Origin: a virus
Strand: one strand, 5' to 3'
Virus record (IMG/VR): IMGVR_UViG_3300042870_001823
Span: 10,214 to 74,213 of that record
Length of the DNA stretch: 64,000 nt
Part shown: piece after piece, positions 1-10,440 of the stretch
How the letters are laid out: each line of letters starts with the position of its first letter
Position numbering within the stretch: the stretch's first letter is position 1
Program-made: the position numbers and the translations under genes
Notes under the pieces: generated by a model
Told to the model about the DNA's origin: nothing
What the model saw: only the letters and a program-made list of their open reading frames with translations
The model's database searches: none

Positions 1-1454
1 CCTCTGCCTAAAGCATCGAAGTCATGAGCTAGTCTTGATAAGTTACTTGAGTGTTGTGATTGTATTTTATTAATTGAATTATCTAAAATAGTTTTAGAAT
101 CAGTTCCAGTAAGTCCCTTGAGCTTAAGTCTAGTGTGCTCTTGCTTTAAAGCTTCCGTTAAAGTATCTCGTTTATCTAGACTAAACTTTTTTGTTAGATT
201 ACCTAAAGCTTGTTCTCTTGATAGTTTTCCTGAGACGACATCATGTGCAACGCCTAGTGAATGGAACTGATTTTTGAAAGCCCTAAAGCCAGAAGACATT
301 CCTCTTACCCCAGGAAATGAATCTAATACTCCGTAGCCATCATCTGATTGAGCTACAAAAAAAGATTTAGCTTGTTCAGTTAATGTTTTTAGTTTTCCTG
401 CATTTACATCAGATGCTCTTCTAGATGCATCTTGTGCGCCGTGTCTAGCTGCTCTCCACGCTTGCAGAAATTCAGGCTGTGCATTATCTGCTTCTTGGAC
501 TCCAGCTGCAAAAGCTCCACTTGTTCTTGAAGAAAGTTTAATTCCTTTATTCAATACATCGGAAGCATCGTGACCGACTTCAGCAAGGAGTGACCTAAGG
601 TCAAATGCAAAAGAACTTGCTTTTTGTTTTATTGGACTTAAGGCACTTAAGTCATTCATTGAGTTAGCTAAAGTAGTTAATGAACTCTTCCCAGCAGCAC
701 CAGCAGCTCCTAACGCCTCAAATGGCAGGATCATAGTAGCTACGTTAATTGTTGAAGTCTTGACGAAATCAGTTAATACGTCTGCTGGGTTGTACCAGTT
801 AACTTTTTTCTTGTCTTGATTTTGTCCAAACAATGGTTCGGTAACAGCTTTTTGCGTTACGTACAACGCAGGTAGTTCGTACGGCATTCTCCTGCCTGCT
901 CGTACTAACTGCTTTTGAATTTGATCTCTAGTTAAGAATGCTTCGCTTGATTCGCTACTTAAGCCTGTTCCAGTACTCTTCTTGCCTTGTTCGCTAAGAG
1001 GTGCAAAGAATTTTCTAGCACTCCTTCTACCATCGTATCCAGTAGTTAATTTCCCATCAACTTTTTCAACTAGCCTAGAATAATCATCTACCCCACCAAT
1101 CTGGCGAGTTACTGATTCTAGTTCATCAAGACCTTGTCTAAGATCTAAAATTCCTTTTACTAGTCTGGTAGATGGCCTATCTAAATGGCCAGCTTTAATT
1201 GCTGCGTCTGAGGAATCTTGTAAAAACTTTCCTAGTTTTAATCCACCAGATTTAGTGACTCTAGATGCTACAGTAGTAACTACAATTGCAGTAGCTGCTG
1301 AACCCAAGAACTTCATCATTGGGTGGCCATCAAGGGCCTTTGCTATCCTGCCACTACCAGGACTTGGAGTTTCTGTTTCGCCCTCTTGCGAAGGTAGGTC
1401 ACGAGAAGATACGCCATATCCTATGTTATGTATTGGCCCTCTATCTCTGAACAC
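1..1454 (-). CDS. Probable tape measure protein, N-terminal part (runs off the window edge)
   Basis: GTG at 1454 with AGGAG RBS. The frame (MFRDRGPIHNIGYG...) appears open to position 1, which is why it is missing from the ORF track. Ala/Gly/Lys-rich and directly downstream of tube and chaperone genes. Confidence 0.6.
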   Translation of the reverse strand, partial: MFRDRGPIHNIGYGVSSRDLPSQEGETETPSPGSGRIAKALDGHPMMKFLGSAATAIVVTTVASRVTKSGGLKLGKFLQDSSDAAIKAGHLDRPSTRLVKGILDLRQGLDELESVTRQIGGVDDYSRLVEKVDGKLTTGYDGRRSARKFFAPLSEQGKKSTGTGLSSESSEAFLTRDQIQKQLVRAGRRMPYELPALYVTQKAVTEPLFGQNQDKKKVNWYNPADVLTDFVKTSTINVATMILPFEALGAAGAAGKSSLTTLANSMNDLSALSPIKQKASSFAFDLRSLLAEVGHDASDVLNKGIKLSSRTSGAFAAGVQEADNAQPEFLQAWRAARHGAQDASRRASDVNAGKLKTLTEQAKSFFVAQSDDGYGVLDSFPGVRGMSSGFRAFKNQFHSLGVAHDVVSGKLSREQALGNLTKKFSLDKRDTLTEALKQEHTRLKLKGLTGTDSKTILDNSINKIQSQHSSNLSRLAHDFDALGR

Positions 1455-1469
1455 TTTTTTCTCCTAAGT

Positions 1470-2099
1470 TTATAAACTGCCCATAAGTTTTTGGGCAATC
1501 GGGTCGTTGTAACGCGCTTCACCCTCTTTACGCTTTGCATCATGCTGAGCAGCTATCATTTGCTGCTTCATCGATTCCTCTTCTGGGTCAATGATGTCTA
1601 GTTTAATTTGTGTTGGCTCAATGCCATAAGTCGATTGCTGAATCTCTATGATCTTTTCAGCTAAAGCAACTCTTTCTGCCAATTGAGAAAAAGTAAAATT
1701 ATCTAAGTCTTCCGGTGTATATGTATTAATAGTAGCGAGGACAAAGGCTTTCATCAATGATCTTACTTCACCGGCTTCAGACCTCTTTTGGTCCATGATC
1801 ATTTTTGCTACACGCGCAGAAGCAAATCCAGAAGCATCTAAAACTTCTTCTGCTATTGTACTTACGGCTCCTGCCGGAATTTTGTCTACATTAAAATTCT
1901 CAGGATATACTACTGTTTTTTCTAGTATAAAATCTTCTGCATCTGCGGAAGAATACCCATCTGAATTCTGATATTCTGATATTCTGTCAAATTCCCCAAA
2001 AGTTAATTCTCGGAAAAGAAGATCAATCCCCTTTACGCTAACGCTATAAAGGGGACCATATTTAATCTTTAATTCTACAAGAACTTCAGGATCTATCAT
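1470..2099 (-). CDS. Putative tail assembly chaperone
   Basis: Lies between tube genes and tape measure. Paralogous to 2100-2609 (shared G(A/I)xSxxxxE(V/I)LxASGF motif). Confidence 0.6.
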   Translation of the reverse strand: MIDPEVLVELKIKYGPLYSVSVKGIDLLFRELTFGEFDRISEYQNSDGYSSADAEDFILEKTVVYPENFNVDKIPAGAVSTIAEEVLDASGFASARVAKMIMDQKRSEAGEVRSLMKAFVLATINTYTPEDLDNFTFSQLAERVALAEKIIEIQQSTYGIEPTQIKLDIIDPEEESMKQQMIAAQHDAKRKEGEARYNDPIAQKLMGSL

Positions 2100-2609
2100 T
2101 TAAAGCTGGCGCACCTCAAGTGCTACGAAACCAGATGCTTCAAGGATCTCTTGAGACAAAAGAGAAGGAATTCCAGCCATATCTTCTGCCATTGATACTT
2201 TGGTATAGTCTGGGAACAATAAGCAGATTTCTGTAATTGCTTCTTCATTCCAAAGGTTTGCCTCAGCAGTTGAAAGCTGACCAGCTTGGACAAGCTGTTC
2301 CATCTTCTTGACCAATTGCTTGTATTCACTACGAGCCAAAGTTCTCCAAACAACGTGCTTGTCAAAAGTCAAAGAGGTTACATATACATCACCATGAAGA
2401 GCTTTCCATGCTTTAATCATCCCAGCAGTTGGGCCATTGTCCCAAATTTCTTCAGCGTCGTCTAAATCTTCTACTGACTGAGGACCTACATCTTCTACGA
2501 ATTCGTCATCAAGCATCGAGGTAGTTTCGGATGTAGCAACCTCTTCGAGATTAAGCTCTTCAATAGTCTCTTCGTCGGCAGTGATAACTACCTTTTTTTC
2601 ATTTGACAT
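2100..2609 (-). CDS. Putative tail assembly chaperone
   Basis: IKAWKALHGDVY...VWRTLARSEYKQL pattern typical of myophage tail chaperones, plus synteny. Confidence 0.6.
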   Translation of the reverse strand: MSNEKKVVITADEETIEELNLEEVATSETTSMLDDEFVEDVGPQSVEDLDDAEEIWDNGPTAGMIKAWKALHGDVYVTSLTFDKHVVWRTLARSEYKQLVKKMEQLVQAGQLSTAEANLWNEEAITEICLLFPDYTKVSMAEDMAGIPSLLSQEILEASGFVALEVRQL

Positions 2610-2677
2610 TTTTACTCCTTAAAAGTATATTCTAGAATCATAACATGATATCACTTTAATCATGTTGTAGCAAATAA

Positions 2678-3715
2678 TTAAATTAAAGTTCCTGGACCAG
2701 AAACTTGTATGCCGGTTACAGTAGTTGATGTTGTGGTTCCTGTAGTTGCAGTATTTTCAGTTGAATTTGGCACTGTTGCAGACTTGTCCATAAATGGCTT
2801 ATCCCCAATATCTGCGTTAGAGAAGTAGAAGTCTCTAGCTATAAATTGATAATTTTCAACTAACGGCTGACCACCACTTTGATATGCTGTCGACATAGAA
2901 ACTAATTGTACATTTTGTAAAACAATTTTCATTGGGCTATTACTGGCACTAATAGAACTTCTTTCGTTAATGTCAGTAGCTAAAATTCTATCAGAGTTTA
3001 GTTGTTGGTTTATTTCAGTACCAGATTTATAAGTTAAAATAGAATTAGAAGTAATTCCTGTTTCTTCTACTCCATAAAATATAACTAGGTTAAATGGTGG
3101 ATGGGCACTAAATATATTATGGCCACCATTTTCGTAATCAACAAAAGTTGATTTAGTTGACCTATCAGAGGTTACTCTATCTAGTTGAGTGCTAGTCCAG
3201 TATTTGTTTATATTTACTTCGTCAGCTTGAGATTCATTTGCTGAATTTAAAGAAGAAATTACTGAAGATGGTGGATTAGTTCCTGAGCTTTCGGCTCTTA
3301 CCTTTGCAGCTTTTTCTAGTAAAGAAGTCATTCTTCTAGGGTACCTAGAGTATAAAGAGAACTCTCCTGTGATGAGTCTAGTGCCATTCAACATAGCATC
3401 GTAGTTGTATGACCAAAAACCATACAATGGTTGCTTCTCCTGCTTGACTACATAAGCCATAGCAGCTATGTCCATTTCATCAGCTGGATCAAATAAGCCA
3501 TCTATAAATATTTTTACATCTTCTCCAGAAAAAAAATAATCATAATAATTATTAAAAGCTTCGTCTTGTCTAGCTCCACCCCATTGAAGATCTATTTCTT
3601 GGTTTAATGGGTCAAAAAAGCCATTGCCATTTCCGCCACTAATTGGCGTTGTCTTTAAATCGTAAGGAAGAAAGGCAGTAAATGGGCGATAGGAAGAACG
3701 ATTTGTTGCAGGCAT
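2678..3715 (-). CDS. Tail tube-like / baseplate hub-initiator virion protein
   Basis: FSGEDVKI...EKQPLYG...GTRLITGEF parallels the tube motif FSGADI...EKAPIYT...GKRGIAGSL. Confidence 0.6.
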   Translation of the reverse strand: MPATNRSSYRPFTAFLPYDLKTTPISGGNGNGFFDPLNQEIDLQWGGARQDEAFNNYYDYFFSGEDVKIFIDGLFDPADEMDIAAMAYVVKQEKQPLYGFWSYNYDAMLNGTRLITGEFSLYSRYPRRMTSLLEKAAKVRAESSGTNPPSSVISSLNSANESQADEVNINKYWTSTQLDRVTSDRSTKSTFVDYENGGHNIFSAHPPFNLVIFYGVEETGITSNSILTYKSGTEINQQLNSDRILATDINERSSISASNSPMKIVLQNVQLVSMSTAYQSGGQPLVENYQFIARDFYFSNADIGDKPFMDKSATVPNSTENTATTGTTTSTTVTGIQVSGPGTLI

Positions 3716-4455
3716 TAAAGTCTCGATATTCTTTGGTTCATGAAGTTCTTGTAAGCTGCCACGTTATCCCCAAAAAAATTAGTAGATATGTTTCTGTCAA
3801 CCGTCTGCTGGGCAACTATTGCAGCATCGGGATTATCTGAATAAATATTTCTATCTTCTGCAGTATCTAATTGTAACATGGGTTGAATGCCTCTAGCCAT
3901 ATATGTATAAGTTTGTTCTGTGATAAGGTCGTCAACAGACATTGTCTGACCTTCATCTACGATTGTCAACCCAAACAGTTTCATTTTAGCAGCTAATCCA
4001 TATTCATTAAAAAAAGTTAAAACAACATCAAATGGAGGAAGCATGTCTGCTAATGGAGAATAGTTTTTTTCAGCCAATGCTTTTTTAAACTCTGCAATCC
4101 TATAGAAAGCATACTCATTAAATACGGTGAAGATTAAAGATCCAGCTATAGTTCTAGATCCTTTGACGAATCCTCTAGCATTTACGTGACCTAATGTTCT
4201 TACTGGAGAGTTTTCTCTGTGTATGGAATAAGATATTGTTTGGAGTTCCCCAAGTTCTATAAAGTCGCCAACTGAACTTGAAGTGTCATCACCTATTCTA
4301 GGGAGAACCATTGTTGCCTGGATATCAACTCCAGCAAAAGACATATTAGAAAATGGATCCGGAAGACCCTTATCTCTTCTGACTGAAGATATTGTGTTGT
4401 TATAGTCAGATATTTGTCTTTTTTCTAATTTAAGTTCATCAATATCTTTTCTCAT
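3715..4455 (-). CDS. Tail tube-like protein (paralog)
   Basis: GSRTIAGSLIFTVF and LADMLPPFDVVLTFFNEYG are nearly identical to motifs in 4535-5227. Confidence 0.7.
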   Translation of the reverse strand: MRKDIDELKLEKRQISDYNNTISSVRRDKGLPDPFSNMSFAGVDIQATMVLPRIGDDTSSSVGDFIELGELQTISYSIHRENSPVRTLGHVNARGFVKGSRTIAGSLIFTVFNEYAFYRIAEFKKALAEKNYSPLADMLPPFDVVLTFFNEYGLAAKMKLFGLTIVDEGQTMSVDDLITEQTYTYMARGIQPMLQLDTAEDRNIYSDNPDAAIVAQQTVDRNISTNFFGDNVAAYKNFMNQRISRL

Positions 4456-4470
4456 TTATATCCTTAAAGT

Positions 4471-4510
4471 AAAAAGAGACGTGGAGGACAAAGCTCATCC
4501 TCCACGTCTC
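4471..4510 (-). terminator. Rho-independent terminator after the major tube gene
   Basis: 13-bp stem GAGACGTGGAGGA/TCCTCCACGTCTC followed by a T run on the minus strand. Confidence 0.8.
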
Positions 4511-4534
4511 AAGATTTTTAATACTGTTATTTAA

Positions 4535-5227
4535 TTATGGTCTGATAATCTCAGAGTTGAAACCGCTTGAGGTTACTGCATCTTGAGAGATTATGTCGGA
4601 AAGAGTTCCGTTAAATCTCTGAAGCTGTGAGTTAGAGATGGTATACATTGGTCCGATTTCGCGGGCTACGTAAGTCATTGTCTCCTCAATTACGATGTCG
4701 TCCATTGAAGCTCCAGAACCTTCGTTCAAAAGCTCAACTCCATAAATTGATCTTACTGCACCTTGGCCATACTCGTTGGCAAAAGTTACTGTAATATCAA
4801 ATGGTGGAATTTGGTCAGCGTAGTATGGAACCTTGCTTACGACGTCTCTGCTCTGATCATCAAACTCAGCAATTCCTCTTCTGTGATTTGGATCACCTGG
4901 AAGAGTGTTGCTGGATCTTGTCCAGTATTTCATTTCCTGTGCAGTTCCATGATGCGATTCAAGCATCTGGTAGAGAGCTGGGCGGTCAAAGACTGTGAAA
5001 ATCAATGAACCAGCAATACCTCTTTTGCCTCTAGAAAATGATCTTGGGTTTGGAGAACCCATTGTGTAGATTGGTGCTTTTTCTCTGGTTACTGAAAATG
5101 TAATACCTGAAAGAGCGCCAATCTCTTTCCCGCCAAAAGTGGCAACAATATCTGCACCAGAAAATGTGGTGTAAGTATTAAGGTATTTGTTTACAGCTGA
5201 GTCGTAGTATTCGCCGTTATTTGGCAT
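4535..5227 (-). CDS. Major tail tube protein
   Basis: Directly downstream of the sheath. Motifs SVTREKAPIYTMGS, RGKRGIAGSLIF, DQIPPFDITVTFANEYG. Confidence 0.8.
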   Translation of the reverse strand: MPNNGEYYDSAVNKYLNTYTTFSGADIVATFGGKEIGALSGITFSVTREKAPIYTMGSPNPRSFSRGKRGIAGSLIFTVFDRPALYQMLESHHGTAQEMKYWTRSSNTLPGDPNHRRGIAEFDDQSRDVVSKVPYYADQIPPFDITVTFANEYGQGAVRSIYGVELLNEGSGASMDDIVIEETMTYVAREIGPMYTISNSQLQRFNGTLSDIISQDAVTSSGFNSEIIRP

Positions 5228-5264
5228 CTTTTACCCTCCTATAGGTGTATTTAATATATTATTA

Positions 5265-6533
5265 TTAAAGGCTGACAGATATACTGACTTCGATGCTCTT
5301 AAGCTCGAAGGCAGGTGTCAGGACTAGGTCAATGATAGCCTTGTTCTGAGATGGGACATAAGAGACTGTGAAGTCACTGTCCAACAAAGCACCAAGCTGT
5401 TGCATTCCGCGCAAGCCTGATGTAATGGCTGTTTCCATTGAGTTACGAACCTGCAGTGTAGAAGGCTCGCCAACGAACTTTTGACATACTTGACGAACTA
5501 CCATAGCAGCTTCGTTTACGATTCTTGAAGTAGCAATACGTGTGTAGTCTGATGTTTCAGGCGCAAATGTGCAACCTTCTGCAAAGATGGGCACTTTATT
5601 GAAGTTGAGAACAATAGCATTAACGCCCTTATCTACAACTCCAGTGTTACTGCTGTTGGTAAGTGTGCTTCTGGTTGCGTTGTAACGAAGTCTAGTGACG
5701 TTGTAAGCTGTTTTATTAACAGGGCTTACATAAGAAGCCATTCTGCTCAAAGCAGCTGCAAATGTGGTTGCTCCGTTAGCATAGCCAAAGTCTGGGTTGC
5801 TAGCTGATGCATAGCCTACTGGCTTAAGCTCTGCGGCAATAACGAATACATAGCGACCATTATCTTTCCAGATATAATCAGTTCCAGCTTTTGCGTTTCT
5901 ATCAGGAAGAGTTGCCAAGCCTAAATGGGTAGCAACATTAGATGGGGTCATGACCTCACCTGTTCCAAGGTATGGCTTAAGCCCCAAGACGGCGAAACAT
6001 GGGCTAGTATTTTCGCTAATCTCTTTTACTTTAGCACCGATTAGGTAGGCCCAGTTCTTGGTATAATCAGTTGTATTGTTTGCGTTGAAACCAATTTCCT
6101 CGTCATCGCCAGGTGTTGCTGGGTTATTCCAGTCAGCCGAGTTTCCACCTCTACCCCAAGGAACGATAATGTCTGGCATAGAAGCTTCAGCAGCAGCAAA
6201 TGCGTCATCAAACACACTAGTACCGCCCGAAGTTACGGTGCCAGCACCTTGGTTCCAGGTTGTATTGCTTGGAAGAGGAACCATAAAGATTCTATCTGCT
6301 CCAGCAGCTACGAGTTCAAGATAAGCTCTGTGAAGTTGTGAGCCCTCGCCAAAAGCAAGGATGACATTATCTTCTCTAGTTACTTGCACAACATCGAGAT
6401 CGGCAATATTGCCAGTCCCATCAGCTGTGCTGCGCTTAGCTATAACGCAGATTCTTGGACCAACAGGAGTATCCTGTCTTGATATGCTATAAAAGCTATC
6501 TTTAATTATTGTTTTTACGCCAGGTAGAGCCAT
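5265..6533 (-). CDS. Tail sheath protein
   Basis: N-terminal LPGVKT and a C-terminal sheath domain (SDYTRIATSRIV...FVGEP...LTPAFELKSIEVSI). Confidence 0.85.
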   Translation of the reverse strand: MALPGVKTIIKDSFYSISRQDTPVGPRICVIAKRSTADGTGNIADLDVVQVTREDNVILAFGEGSQLHRAYLELVAAGADRIFMVPLPSNTTWNQGAGTVTSGGTSVFDDAFAAAEASMPDIIVPWGRGGNSADWNNPATPGDDEEIGFNANNTTDYTKNWAYLIGAKVKEISENTSPCFAVLGLKPYLGTGEVMTPSNVATHLGLATLPDRNAKAGTDYIWKDNGRYVFVIAAELKPVGYASASNPDFGYANGATTFAAALSRMASYVSPVNKTAYNVTRLRYNATRSTLTNSSNTGVVDKGVNAIVLNFNKVPIFAEGCTFAPETSDYTRIATSRIVNEAAMVVRQVCQKFVGEPSTLQVRNSMETAITSGLRGMQQLGALLDSDFTVSYVPSQNKAIIDLVLTPAFELKSIEVSISVSL

Positions 6534-6579
6534 TGAATTTCGAACCTCCGGTTTGCCTATATTAGGTCTGTTCCCAAAC

Positions 6580-6588
6580 TATAGTAAC
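6580..6588 (-). promoter_or_regulatory. Putative late promoter motif GTTACTATA
   Basis: The same motif recurs about 25-50 nt upstream of at least 8 minus-strand genes (see findings). Confidence 0.55.
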
Positions 6589-6632
6589 GCACAACCTATA
6601 AAAACAACTACGTTTAATATTTTACTTCAATT

Positions 6633-7406
6633 TTATATAGCGTAAGGAAAGTACCCAGAAAGGCTTGGGGTAGCACTGTAAAGATCGACTATCTCTATTG
6701 GAGTATCAGTATAATCTGGAGTAGATTTATTAAATAGCTCTTCTTGTCTACTGGTTATCAAACTTGCCTCGTAGGCCATAGCGGTTCTTACGTCTATTGC
6801 TACTTTTTCTATGGTAGAAACAGATGTCTGAATCAACTTTTCTGTAGTCAATAAATAAGTAATTGTTCTTTTAATAACATCTATATTAGATCTACTTTCC
6901 TCAGCGTCGGCTAACCTTCTGGCATACACTAACTCTGAAGCACCAAGTCTTTTAAAGACAGGAGTGTACTCAAGCATAAAATCTTCAAAAACTTCAGCCA
7001 GTGCATCAGCAACTTCTGCTCCTACGTATCTACCATCTCCTAGGTTTGACTCAGAAGAAGCTTTATCTGCTTTTGTGATTACGCTAAATGAAACAACATT
7101 TTGAAATCTTTGTCCAAATATCATATAGTCGTTTTCAACAACTTGCCTACTTCTTGGTTTTGGCTCTACGGTATGTGGTTTTCTAATTTCTAAACCATAA
7201 ATTATTGCCGGAAAGGAGGCATAAGATCCGCCATGGTTAGGTTTAATTGGAATGTCTGGGTGGATATTTTCCCATAGTAATTTTACTACAGCTATAAATT
7301 CAAGATAACTTAAATTGCCAGCTGCTTGGAGTGGTGCCCCAAAAGCTCTATTGACGGATACGTCATTAATTCTTGGTTCTGGAAAACCAAAAGCGTTCTG
7401 CGCCAT
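6633..7406 (-). CDS. Putative tail completion/terminator protein
   Basis: Size, position upstream of the sheath and alpha/beta pattern. Confidence 0.5.
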   Translation of the reverse strand: MAQNAFGFPEPRINDVSVNRAFGAPLQAAGNLSYLEFIAVVKLLWENIHPDIPIKPNHGGSYASFPAIIYGLEIRKPHTVEPKPRSRQVVENDYMIFGQRFQNVVSFSVITKADKASSESNLGDGRYVGAEVADALAEVFEDFMLEYTPVFKRLGASELVYARRLADAEESRSNIDVIKRTITYLLTTEKLIQTSVSTIEKVAIDVRTAMAYEASLITSRQEELFNKSTPDYTDTPIEIVDLYSATPSLSGYFPYAI

Positions 7407-7407
7407 T

Positions 7408-9063
7408 CTATGCTCCTTGCCCTGAGGAAATACTAAAAGATATTTTTCTTAGACCTAAAGAAGAAGTTAAGTTAATGTCAAAATATATCTTACCTTTAAC
7501 TACAGAATCAGCATATGCTTCTAATGCATAGTCTCTAATTATATTGTTAGTTTTTAAAAATTGTAACATTTTTCTTACATCTTCAATTAATTTTTGAGCA
7601 CTGAATCTACTAATTGAATTGTCTCCAAGTGCCCTTATTTCATTTATGACCATTGAGATTAATCTCATTTGTGGAGCTTTAGCATATACTGAACTAGGAT
7701 TGGCCATCGTATTATCATTGCTTAAATAGATTTCATAAGAGTTTCCTCTCCTACTTCTATTATTTCGAATAAGAGTATTAATACCCAGTGCATCTAACCT
7801 GTCTACCTCTGCCTGACCTAGATTTGTGCCGCTCAAACCAAAAGCTGAAGGAATTTTTTTTCTTATTAAACTTTGATTTACTGCTGTTTCGGACAACAAG
7901 CCTGCTACTGAAGCAGCTGCGCTAGATGTATAAGATATGTTTAAGAAATTATGGTTAATAATAATCTCTCCATATATTGGGATAACAAACTTGCCCATAT
8001 CACCAGCTATTGAATTGTCTGGATTATACATAGTATATTTGTCAGTAAAATTAATGTCTGCCTCAAAAATATCTATGTTACTAGAGTTTATTCCATCTGA
8101 TCTAGAGCCAATTACTCCTAGCATAATTGCTCCAGTTTCATCATGGAAATCTTGACAATGCGTAGCTAATTGAGTAACGAAATCTACATTGCCAGTCCCG
8201 ATGATGCTAGCTTCTAATGGGACTATTATGTCTATATTATCGTATCTCTCTAGTGAAGCGTACGTTTGTTCTAGTCTATCATAATATTTTTGATAGAAGT
8301 TCATCAATACAGGAGTGGCATCCTCGTATGAATGAGTTGGCATTATATTTAATCTATCACCTGTTATTGCTACATACTCTTTCATAGGAGCGGCAGAGCA
8401 TATGTAAATATCTCTTGCTCCGCACGCGTATGCGTCAAAAATCCCTCTCAACAAAGGAGAATTAAAATCAGCCTTTAGGAGGTCTATTGCCTCTTGAATA
8501 GAACTTATTCTCATGGGAGCATTCATATCAAGAGCATCTGAATGACCTATTAGAAGAATGGAATTGGTTCTATATTGCTCTAGGGGCTGGAAAGACGGAC
8601 GATAAGAAGTACTTAATTCTTTTTCTCCTCCAGCATAGGATCCGACTATGTTCATGGTTCCCTGAGGAACTTGAAACTGAGCTGTGTATTGAAAGATATT
8701 TGCACCGTCGTATGTAGTTGCCACTACCGAATAATTACCTTGGAATAAATTTTCAGGTATTGTGTAGTGAAATATAAATTTAGTTAAATTATATGAAGAG
8801 ATGTTTTGTCCAGGTACATCGCCATAATTTCCATAGTAAAAAGTATTACCAGAACTTCGCTCTATGTAATTGCCAGTTGGATTAGCGTCTTGCTGGAGAT
8901 ACGAGTACGGTCCATCTATAGTTGCGCCTGCACCAAAATCACCTCTATATACAGAAATGATTACATCAGAAGGAGTTGCCCCTAATGTGGGGTCGTAAAA
9001 ATTTCCATTTTGACTAAATATAAATTCAAAATTACCAGTTTGACCAGGTGATAAAATTAGCAT
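7408..9063 (-). CDS. Second tail sheath-like protein with N-terminal Ig-like extension
   Basis: C-terminal half resembles a sheath (ILLIGH...LLRGIFDAYACGARDIY...LDALGINTL). Confidence 0.65.
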   Translation of the reverse strand: MLILSPGQTGNFEFIFSQNGNFYDPTLGATPSDVIISVYRGDFGAGATIDGPYSYLQQDANPTGNYIERSSGNTFYYGNYGDVPGQNISSYNLTKFIFHYTIPENLFQGNYSVVATTYDGANIFQYTAQFQVPQGTMNIVGSYAGGEKELSTSYRPSFQPLEQYRTNSILLIGHSDALDMNAPMRISSIQEAIDLLKADFNSPLLRGIFDAYACGARDIYICSAAPMKEYVAITGDRLNIMPTHSYEDATPVLMNFYQKYYDRLEQTYASLERYDNIDIIVPLEASIIGTGNVDFVTQLATHCQDFHDETGAIMLGVIGSRSDGINSSNIDIFEADINFTDKYTMYNPDNSIAGDMGKFVIPIYGEIIINHNFLNISYTSSAAASVAGLLSETAVNQSLIRKKIPSAFGLSGTNLGQAEVDRLDALGINTLIRNNRSRRGNSYEIYLSNDNTMANPSSVYAKAPQMRLISMVINEIRALGDNSISRFSAQKLIEDVRKMLQFLKTNNIIRDYALEAYADSVVKGKIYFDINLTSSLGLRKISFSISSGQGA

Positions 9064-9440
9064 TAAGTAGGTCTTTCCTTAGTTGCTCCAGCTATCCAGT
9101 ATACTATCTTTCCAAATTTTCCACGTACCGGAGCTGCAAAGTCTATATAATAAAGGTTTGCTCCGTTAATATTATTAGTTCCTTCTTCGTAAATTCTATC
9201 ATTCTGCTTTGGATTTACGTCAGCTTCAAAATAAAAAACCAAGTCAATGCCTGTAGTTATGCCTTCTATATCCTCTCTTTGGAGTTGAGCCATAGCTTCA
9301 TTGGAAGGAAAATAGTGCCTAGTGGTTACTTGTTCAAATGTTTCTGAGTATAGAAAATCATCATCTAATCTTCTTTGAATTAAAACATCATGACCGTATT
9401 CTCTTAAGATACGCTTAATAGTTTTAGCAGGATCAATCAT
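9063..9440 (-). CDS. Putative head closure (stopper) protein
   Basis: ILREYGHDVLIQR...FYFEADVNPKQNDRIYE, in neck-gene position. Confidence 0.55.
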   Translation of the reverse strand: MIDPAKTIKRILREYGHDVLIQRRLDDDFLYSETFEQVTTRHYFPSNEAMAQLQREDIEGITTGIDLVFYFEADVNPKQNDRIYEEGTNNINGANLYYIDFAAPVRGKFGKIVYWIAGATKERPT

Positions 9441-10359
9441 ACTGCTTCAATCCCCTTGTCGGTATAGGTCCACCTTGGAAAGTGTCATTCATAACAGATC
9501 CATATTGATCTCTGCCAGGAAGATAAACTACAGCACCTGTTAATGGATAGATAACCGTACCAGTTAAAGGATCAAAGTTAAGGCCAGAAGCAGAAACCTT
9601 TTCACTTGGAAGTCCTTTTGGTATTACCGCACGCATGCCTGTTCTTGAAGCTGCAACTTCTTTTCTCAACGCAGCTGCGATCTGACACCAGGTCACAGCA
9701 TTGCCTCTATTGACACTTTGTCTTGGGTTGGTTCTATTTGTAATGCTTAAATCAGCCAACTTAAGGCTTAATTCATCGTCACCACCATAGCCATAGCTTC
9801 TGCTTAATTCGCAACACGCAGAAGCTTTGATGTATTCAGATAAGGTAAAGTTAAGAGTAGAACCATCATCTAAGTCTTGCAGTTTAAACATTTGCTTAAT
9901 TTCTATAGAATAATGATGTATTAATTCTCCAACTTCCAATAAGGATGCATCTGGAAAAAAATACAATACTTCTTCAGGATCTAAATATAAAGGTGATATG
10001 TCAGCTGCAAAAGATATAATTTCGTCAGCCTTAAGGGTTACGGAGGGTTTATATTTGCTATCGGTGTCATTAACGTACAGAACTTGTTTAACTATGATTG
10101 TACTAGAATCCTCTAGTAGCCCAACAAATTCTACAGTATATTTACCTGCAGTCGTTGGAGTAAACTCAATATAGTATTCATATCCGCTAACTTCAGTTAA
10201 TGGATATGCAGCTGGATTAACCAAAGCATTTAGATAGTCTTTTACGGTTACTGTAACAGTTGCTGGACTTACATTAATTTGCTCTCCAGTAACTGGATTA
10301 TTGTCTACAAATTTAACTTTAATTTGGACTTTGTCATTGACTAAGACGCTATTGCTCAT
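9433..10359 (-). CDS. Putative head-tail adaptor with N-terminal Ig-like domain
   Basis: Beta-rich N-terminus (YYIEFTPTTAGKYTVEF) and adaptor-like C-terminus (LKLADLSIT), plus synteny. Confidence 0.5.
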   Translation of the reverse strand: MSNSVLVNDKVQIKVKFVDNNPVTGEQINVSPATVTVTVKDYLNALVNPAAYPLTEVSGYEYYIEFTPTTAGKYTVEFVGLLEDSSTIIVKQVLYVNDTDSKYKPSVTLKADEIISFAADISPLYLDPEEVLYFFPDASLLEVGELIHHYSIEIKQMFKLQDLDDGSTLNFTLSEYIKASACCELSRSYGYGGDDELSLKLADLSITNRTNPRQSVNRGNAVTWCQIAAALRKEVAASRTGMRAVIPKGLPSEKVSASGLNFDPLTGTVIYPLTGAVVYLPGRDQYGSVMNDTFQGGPIPTRGLKQYD

Positions 10360-10440
10360 GTTTTCTCCATTTATTGGCGATAAAAATATAGTACTGGCAG
10401 TTGTCTATTTATCTTAAGGTTGACTTTTAAGTAAGTAATT

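Noticed and set aside
1470-2609. Lambda G/GT-type programmed frameshift between the tail chaperones
   Set aside because: The two ORFs are in the same frame with TAA immediately followed by ATG and look like separate paralogs. Readthrough cannot be excluded but nothing supports it.
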